From Eledone cirrhosa (lineage: Eukaryota), in NCBI GenBank assembly GCA_964016885.1, contig OZ024742.1:279806001-279870000 (forward strand): a stretch of 64,000 bases of DNA, in the 5' to 3' direction. The position numbers and the translations under genes were made by a program. This document shows positions 52,900 to 64,000 of the stretch, in pieces. The stretch's first letter is position 1. Each line of letters begins with the position of its first letter. Below the pieces are notes generated by a model. It saw only the letters and a list, made by a program, of their open reading frames with translations. It had not been told where the DNA came from and searched no databases.

Positions 52900-55655
52900 A
52901 GGTACTACTAAAACACTAACAACACTACCAACAGCAGCTGCAACTACAACACTAACAACACCACCAACAGTAGCTGTAAATACAACACTAACAACACTAC
53001 CAACAGCAGGTACAACTACAACACTAACAACACTAACAACAGCAGCTATAACTACAACACTAACACCACTACCAACAGCAGGTGCAACTACAACACTAAC
53101 AACACTACGAACACCAACTGCAACTACAACACTAACAACACTACCAACACCAACTGCAACTACAGCACTAACAACACTACCAACACCAACTGCAACTACT
53201 ACACTAACAACACTACCAACACCAGCTGCAACTACAACACAAACAACACTACCAACAGCAGCTGCAACTACAACACTAACAACACTACCAACAGCAGGTG
53301 CAACTACAACACTAACAACACTACCAACAGCAGGTGCAACTACAACACTAACAACACTACCAACAGCAGGTGCAACTACAACGCTAACAACACTACCAAC
53401 AGCAGGTGCAACTACAACACTAACAACACTACCAACAGCAGGTGCAACTACAACACTAACAACACTACCAACAGCAGCTGCAACTACAACACTAACAACA
53501 CTACCAACAGCAGGTGCAACTACAACACTAACAACACTACCAACAGCAGGTGCAACTACAACACTAACAACACTACCAACAGCAGGTGCAACTACAACGC
53601 TAACAACACTACCAACAGCAGGTGCAACTACAACACTAACAACACTACCAACAGCAGGTGCAACTACAACACTAACAACACTACCAACAGCAGCTGCAAC
53701 TACAACACTAACAACACTACCAACAGCAGGTGCAACTACAACACTAACAACACTACCAACAGCAGGTGCAACTACAACACTAACAACACTACCAACAGCA
53801 GGTGCAACTACAACACTAACAACACTACCAACAGCAGGTGCAACTACAACACTAACAACACTACCAACAGCAGGTGCAACTACAACACTAACAACACTAC
53901 CAACAGCAGCTGCAACTACAACACTAACAACACTACCAACAGCAGGTGCAACTACAACACTAACAACACTACCAACAGCAGGTGCAACTACAACACTAAC
54001 AACACTACGAACACCAACTGCAACTACAACACTAACAACACTACCAACAGCAGCTGTAACTACAACACTAACAACACTACCAACACCAACTGAAACTACT
54101 CCACTAACAACACTAACAACAGCAGGTACAACTACAACACTAACAACACTACCAACAGCAGCTGTAACTACAACACTAACAAAACTACCAACACCAACTG
54201 CAACTACTACACTAACAACACTAACAACAGCAGGTACAACTACAACACTAACAACACTACCAACAGCAGCTGTAACTACAACACTAACAACACTACCAAC
54301 ACCAACTGAAACTACTACACTAACAACACTAACAACAGCAGGTACAACTACAACACTAACAACACTACCAACAGCAGCTGTAACTACAACACTAACAACA
54401 CTACCAACACCAGCTGCAACTACAACACTAACAACACTACCAACAGCAGGTGCGACTACAACACTAACAACACTACCAACAGCAGCTGTAACTACAAAAC
54501 TAACAACACTACCAACACCAGCTGCAACTACAACACTAAAAACACTACCAACAGCAGCTGTAACTACAACACTAACAACACTACCAACAGCAGGTGCAAC
54601 TACAACACAAACAACACTACCAACAGCAGGTGCAACTACAACACTAACAACAATACGAACACCAACTGCAACTACAACACTAACAACACTACCAACACCA
54701 GCTGCAACTACAACACTAACAACACTACCAACAGCAAGTGTAACTACAACACTAACAACACTACCAACACCAGCTGCAACTAAAACACTAACAACACTAC
54801 CAACACCAGCTGCAACTACAACACTAACAACACTACCAACAGCAGCTGCAACTACAACACTAACAACACTACCAACAGCAGCTGCAACTACAACACTAAC
54901 AACACTCTCAACAGCAGGTACAACTACAACACTAACAACACTACCAACAGCAGGTGCAACTACAACACTAACAACACTACCAACAGCAGGTGCAACTACA
55001 ACACTAACAACACTACCAACAGCAGCTGTAACTACAACACTAACAACACTACCAACAGCAGCTGCAACTACAACACTAACAACACTACCAACAGCAGGTG
55101 CAACTACAACACTAACAACACTACCAACAGCAGGTGCAACTACAACACTAACAACACTACCAACAGCAGCTGCAACTACAACACTAACAACACTACCAAC
55201 AGCAGCTGGAACTACAACACTAACAACACTACCAACAGCAGCTGAAACTACAACACTAACAACACTATCAACAGCAGGTGCAACTACAGCACTAACAACA
55301 CTACCAACAAGAGCTGCAACAACAATACTAAACAACACTACCAACAGCAGGTGCGACTACAACACTAACAACACTACCAACAGCAGCTGCAACTACAACA
55401 CTAACAACACTACCAACAGCAGCTGCCACTACAACACTAACAACACTACCAACAGAAGGTGCAACTACAACACTAACAACACTACCAACAGCAGCTGCAA
55501 CTACAACACTAACAACACTCTCAACAGCAGGTACAACTACAACACTAACAACACTACCAACAGCAGGTGCAACTACAACACTAACAACACTACCAACAGC
55601 AGGTGCAACTACAACACTAACAACACTACCAACAGCAGCTGCAACTACAACACAA
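52900..55655. repeat. 36-bp minisatellite, about 76 units
   Basis: Unit ACAACACTAACAACACTACCAACAGCAGGTGCAACT (TTLTTLPTAGAT on +); single-base phase shift near 55331. Confidence 0.95.
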
Positions 55656-55659
55656 ACAA

Positions 55660-56365
55660 CAAAGGAATTTGTGAAAAAAGATAAAATAAAATTGAAAACA
55701 TGTCCCCAGAATGCCATGCTAAAACGATGGCAAGAAAACCCTGACGTGGCCAATCACCAACAAAGCTCAATAGAGAGCGAGTGGACAAGCAAATCTTACA
55801 ACAATGGTTAAGAAGCGCTGGAATAAAAGCCGAGACTGAAATATTTTTAAATGCAGCACCAGATCCAAGCCAGAAATATTAATGAAACAGAAAAAAATAA
55901 GTAACTGCAGAATATGTCCAACTGAAAAAGAATAACTAACCACAGTCTCTGGATATACAGATTTAGCCGAAAAAGAATATACCCATAGACATGATACAGT
56001 TCGTATTTACATAGACTGGAAGTTTTGCAAACATTACAAAATATTATCAAAAGTGATAAAGACATACCCACCAAAAAGATGTCAGAAAATGTGAAAGACA
56101 TGTCTTCTAATTGACATATCATTCCATGCAGTTGAGAATATATATGAAGGAAATGGAGAAATTGTCCAAATCTAAAGATCTGGGGATCGAAATAACGCGA
56201 ATGTTGATGATGGAAAAATAAAAATATAATTGCTCTGGGAATGACGAAAAAAAAAAAACACAGACGCATACATTATTAAAACCGTAGGACAAAGAAATAT
56301 ATGCAGCATATAGAAAATAGTACTGTGGGCACTGCACACATATTAGGAAGTACTTTCAATGATAT
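55660..56365 (+). pseudogene. R4/Dong-like (RLE-type) LINE C-terminal remnant
   Basis: RWQENP; GIKAETEIFLNAA; NCRIC; LAEKEYTHRHDTV; KEMEKLSKSKDLGIEITRM; GTAHIL. Confidence 0.7.
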
Positions 56366-56484
56366 AGAGACAATAGCGCAAATAAAAGATTACATTCTCA
56401 AGGCATTCTGAACTGCGATAGGTAATGCAATGATGACAGGCAAAACAAAATTAATGATAATGATAATAATATTTATAATTTAAA

Positions 56485-56552
56485 TGAAGAAGAAGAAGAA
56501 GAAGAAGAAGAAGAAGAAGAAGAAGAAGAAGAAGAAGAAGAAGAAGAAGAAG

Positions 56553-56599
<47 letters not shown>

Positions 56600-56644
56600 A
56601 CACAACAAAAACAAAAACAACAACAACAAAAACAACAAACACAA

Positions 56645-56684
<40 letters not shown>

Positions 56685-56832
56685 TTACTACTACTACTGC
56701 AGCAGCAGCAGCAACATAAAAAACAACAACAACAACAACAAAAACAACAACCACACAACAACAACAACAGCAAAAACAACGAAATCAACAGCAACTACAG
56801 CAATAAGAACAACAAAAATGTGTTACTAAAAT
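56485..56832. repeat. Compound trinucleotide microsatellite (GAA/CAA/CTA/CAG)
   Basis: Directly visible; similar tracts at 6330-6500 and 57180-57410. Confidence 0.95.
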
Positions 56833-57199
56833 AACAAATCGGAGAAAAGAAATTGAAACGAAATTTCAATCTGCAAATTAATCAAATATTAAAGAGATTC
56901 TCATTTACTACAAATAAAAAGAAAATGTTCAGTCTTGCTTTATTTATTCAATATATATATTTTTTTAAGTATGGTATGAAATATTTGTAAGAAAACCCTT
57001 GAGAATTTGAAATTGGATATCACGATGTTTGGATATGTGATAAAATGGTGATCTGTTCGATCTACAGATTTGATTTAGTAAATTTAAACGCAACTCAATT
57101 ACATATTTTTTTCAACTAAAACGAAAACGAAAGCTAAAAAAATAATTTAAAAGTAAAAATCTCGATCGTATTTCACTACAACTGCAACAACAACAACAA

Positions 57200-57267
<68 letters not shown>

Positions 57268-57268
57268 G

Positions 57269-57328
<60 letters not shown>

Positions 57329-57665
57329 ATAATAATAATAATACTATCACCACCACCTCCACCGCCACCACCAGCACAAACACCACCACCGACGCCACCA
57401 ACGCCGCCACTGTTGGCGCTGCTATATATGAATATTATTTCGAGATCATGCCCTCACTATCCGTTACTTTTCTTGCATGTAGGTCTGACTGTATGCATAC
57501 AAACATATATAAATTCAATTCCTAACTATGCGATACTGGGTTCAATCGCACTGCATGGCACGTCAGAGAAATGAGAGAGGGTTAAGGGCGTCTTCTGGTG
57601 CCGAGACCGAGGACACGACTAATCAATTATCGATTATTGACGCGATCATGAATTTACATCGTCAT

Positions 57666-57814
<149 letters not shown>

Positions 57815-57837
57815 ATATATATATATATATATGTAAG

Positions 57838-57900
<63 letters not shown>

Positions 57901-57985
57901 ATACATATACACACACACATATATATGTATATATATATATATATATTGGAAAATGTGTGAGGTCCTCGGTACAGTTAGGTATATT

Positions 57986-58627
57986 TGAAAAAAAGGAAAA
58001 GAATGATATCACTTGAAGTTCTAAACAAATTGATTTAATTTTATAATATTATAATAAATATTATAATACTAGCAGTGGTACCGGGCGTTGCAAGGGATAA
58101 GGTATTTTGGACCTAATCGTGGAAAAACTGCATGCCTGGACAATATGTAAAGAAAATAAACCGAAGAAAATAAACCGAATACTCTGATGGCTGGATAATC
58201 TTTAAGATTTTCCTCGATGAAGGAGGAAAAATGCAGGTTTTCATCGAATGTGGATCCTAGGGGATCAAGAAAATGAATTTTTGTATGTGCATAATATGCC
58301 TTGAAATTTCGGGAAAATCGGCTAGACGTAACGCCTCAAAAAAGCCCTAAAAAGCTGAAAAAATTAAGTTTTTCACCTAATGTGGGCCCTAGGCCATAAA
58401 AGAGTTGGATTTGTTTAGCTCACGCTTCGAAAAAGAGATTGACTAATACTTAGTTACAATTTCAAGGAAATCGGTAACGCCTAAAAAACACTAAATACTG
58501 AATAAACGCAGTTTTTCACCTAATGCGGTCCCTAGGGAATCAAACAGTCGAAACATAAGTAATACACATGTAAAGATTGAAGAGAATCGGTTGGGTACTT
58601 CTCGAGTTTTAGGGATTCAAACTCACA

Positions 58628-58705
<78 letters not shown>

Positions 58706-58843
58706 TCCTCAGTTTTATATATATAGATTATAAAATTAAATGAATTGATTTAATTTTATAATATTATAATACATTTTATAATATAAAATTAAATCAATTT
58801 GTTTAGAACTACAAGTGAAGTCATTCTTTTCCTTTTTTTTTCA
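57986..58843. repeat. AT-rich fold-back (57986-58045 / 58783-58843) interrupted by a Helitron
   Basis: GGAAAAGAATGA...GTTCTAAACAAATTGATTTAATTTTATA is mirrored on the right; flanked by (TA)n. Confidence 0.65.
58069..58727 (-). mobile_element. Non-autonomous Helitron, copy 3
   Basis: A|TC...degenerate hairpin (CCCTTGCAACGCCCGG)...CTAG|T; shares CCTAATGCGGTCCCTAGG and AATCGGTTGGGT..TTCTCGAGTTTTAGGGA with copies 1-2. Confidence 0.7.
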
Positions 58844-59695
58844 TATATATATATATAATTATATATGGGATAATAAGTTATCGTTATAGGTAATCCAGGT
58901 TTTGTGTCACTGATGTCTCGGTGGCCAGGAAAGAAACTGAGGCGCTGTTTCTGGAGTTTTAACTGTCATTAGTAAGATTTACAAACTCGGTACTGAGACA
59001 AAAATAACCCAAACGTACTGTGAAACTGTACTTAATGCGAACACCCAACGTTTTGTTTTGCTCAATATGTAACCGATGCTTTACACCCAAAATCAATATA
59101 AGCTTTTAGGAAATATCAGTGAGGAAATACCTGTGGAGGGGTTTTGATTAGGATGAATCTCAAGTTGCCAGAAAGTCATGCATTGTGGTCTTGAAGATAT
59201 CCTCTCAACCATATGCAATATGAAATGAAGGTTCAGCAGATGAAACTGCATTGGACTTCTGTGAAACAATCTATAGTTTGTGTTGCGTCTCCTTAGTCTA
59301 TATGACATTGTCCCCTTTCACCAGTACAATCATCAATACATACGTTTTCATTTCCTTCTTCTGCTGTTGGGGCGCTGGCTATATTTGAATCCCTGAACAT
59401 GACTGAATGCCAATGTGGACAAATGTCTAAAGAGAGTGTATATATTAGGCACCTCTCCAAGAAATTTTATAATATGCGCATTTCAGCAACGCCAGCGTTT
59501 ATTATTATATAATATATGCATTACGGAATGTATGTATTCTGGTAGCTTTCTGCATTAAACAACCGTCTTATTGACAGGATTAGAATTTTTAATACGTTAA
59601 CGTTTTCATATGTTAGGCTGTTGACTTTTTAAAATTTCCTCTGCTTCATTGCATGGGTTCTTGTCTGGAAATGTTGGATCTAAATCAACCCCTAT

Positions 59696-59735
<40 letters not shown>

Positions 59736-59736
59736 C

Positions 59737-59788
<52 letters not shown>

Positions 59789-59943
59789 CTGCCTGTGGGT
59801 GTGTGTGTGTGTATGTGTATGTGTGTGCGTGCGTGTATGTGTGTGTGTCATGATATATGAATGAATTGATCGATTGAGTGATAGATAACAACAAAAGTCG
59901 GATTGCTATATGTATGTGTGTATGTATATATATTTATATATAT

Positions 59944-60044
59944 AGACCCTCCATCTCAACTCTACTGCGAAACCTGTAAAGGAACCAAATAAATATATAT
60001 ATAAAAAAAAATACTCCAGTTGCATTTTCGATTTCACCTATTTT

Positions 60045-60050
<6 letters not shown>
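59944..60050 (+). mobile_element. Family E fragment with HHR core deleted
   Basis: Matches 50270-50399 but lacks TTTTGAAAAGCAGAAGAAC. Confidence 0.7.
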
Positions 60051-62820
<2,770 letters not shown>

Positions 62821-64000
62821 GTGTGTGTTTATCTCTGAGAGAGTGTATGTGCACGTGTGTGCGTATATGCATGTGTCTGTGTGTGTTTGTGTATGTCTGT
62901 GTATTTGTGTCTGCGTGTGTGTATATGTGTGTGTTTGTGTGTCTGTGTATCTGCGTCAGTGTGTACGTATATGTATGTGTCTAGTTTGAAAATAATATAC
63001 TCACGTGTGATTTTGCGTGTAATTCCAAGCCTAATTTGTGCAAATCCATACAAACATATGTTCGCACATAAGCGCACACATTTGTGATGAAGTGGGTGAA
63101 ACAGAAAAATGTTATGCTGTCAATACGTTGCAGTTGTGCAGATCAGTATACAATATAAGTAGCTAAATTATTATCTGTATATTCATATATGTTTTATATA
63201 TTCATAAGTAGCTAAGTCTTTATATGTTTGTATAACTGTTTTGTTTGTCTAAAGACACACAAACATGCATATATAAAACAGCGGGAGACAGATAGGGGAA
63301 TTATGGTTAGTGGAATATTATCCATTTCGTTACCATATTTCAAATCCATTAGAAACAATCAAGAATTTTGCGGTGTTTATTGATATTAATAGCTTTCTCA
63401 TGACTAAGCTGGTTTTGGAGCATAACATAGCTTCGTTTCGCACGTAAAATTATGATGAAACCGGCTTAGTTAAGTATAAACACTTTAACATCTTATCGTA
63501 GAATCAAGAGCAATGTTGAGCGTTTCGATATCAAGTGCGGTTATCTCTCAATTGAATGGCCCGCAGTCCGCAATATATATCATCTGGTAACTAAATATGA
63601 ATATGTAATGTGTCATTCTGTCTGACCGAACGCCCACATACACGAGGGTTGGGGACCACCCTAGACACGCCGTTTGACGGTGCCTCTAGGACTCCACAAG
63701 GGGTTATGGTATCTTAATCCTTTATCCTTATATATATATATATATACATATATTTCTGTATGTCTGTGTGTGTGTGTTTGTGTGTGAGTGTGTGCTTATA
63801 ACGCATAGAAGAGAGAGGCATGACGACAACTTCTAGCATCACAGTCTTATACACATTTGTATAATTAATTGTATTCAATAAGTTGCTAAACATCACCTAC
63901 CACATTTGTGGAAACATTCAAAACAGTGGTGAGATTTTTGTATTTTATTATAACCTGTCATATCATTCACCGTGTGTTACAGTGAAGTGGAAAAATAGAA

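Noticed and set aside
52693-55344. 883-aa Val/Ala/Ser ORF on the minus strand
   Set aside because: Antisense reading of the 36-bp minisatellite; open only because the unit lacks stops in that frame, with no non-repetitive domain.
58890-59690. Possible host exon or TE coding remnant
   Set aside because: No long ORF or motif I could recognise; needs a BLASTX search.

Overview
AT-rich, microsatellite-saturated eukaryotic intergenic/intronic DNA. The SINE families and (TA)n/(GATA)n load suggest a cephalopod such as Octopus, which is an inference. No host protein-coding exon is recognisable. The window is a mosaic of mobile DNA: an intact full-length Tx1/L1-clade LINE (ORF1+ORF2, minus strand) inside a 2.14-kb inverted duplication, a degenerate but structurally complete CsRn1-type Ty3/Gypsy LTR retrotransposon, Penelope-like element (PLE) coding remnants (two Neptune-type, one Naiad-type GIY-YIG end), RTE and R4 LINE remnants, three non-autonomous Helitrons, SINEs and a 36-bp minisatellite. 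The most striking pattern is about 15 short fold-back insertions in (TA)n arrays, built as inverted short arm + sense arm + tail. Together with related fragments they carry about 25 type I hammerhead ribozyme (HHR) motifs from several sequence families, four of which use a compensatory U3-A8 core. One is a candidate 467-nt retrozyme-like monomer whose inverted arm starts exactly at the predicted self-cleavage site. Another is a tRNA-like 251-bp unit with the same architecture. All folds and alignments were done by eye.
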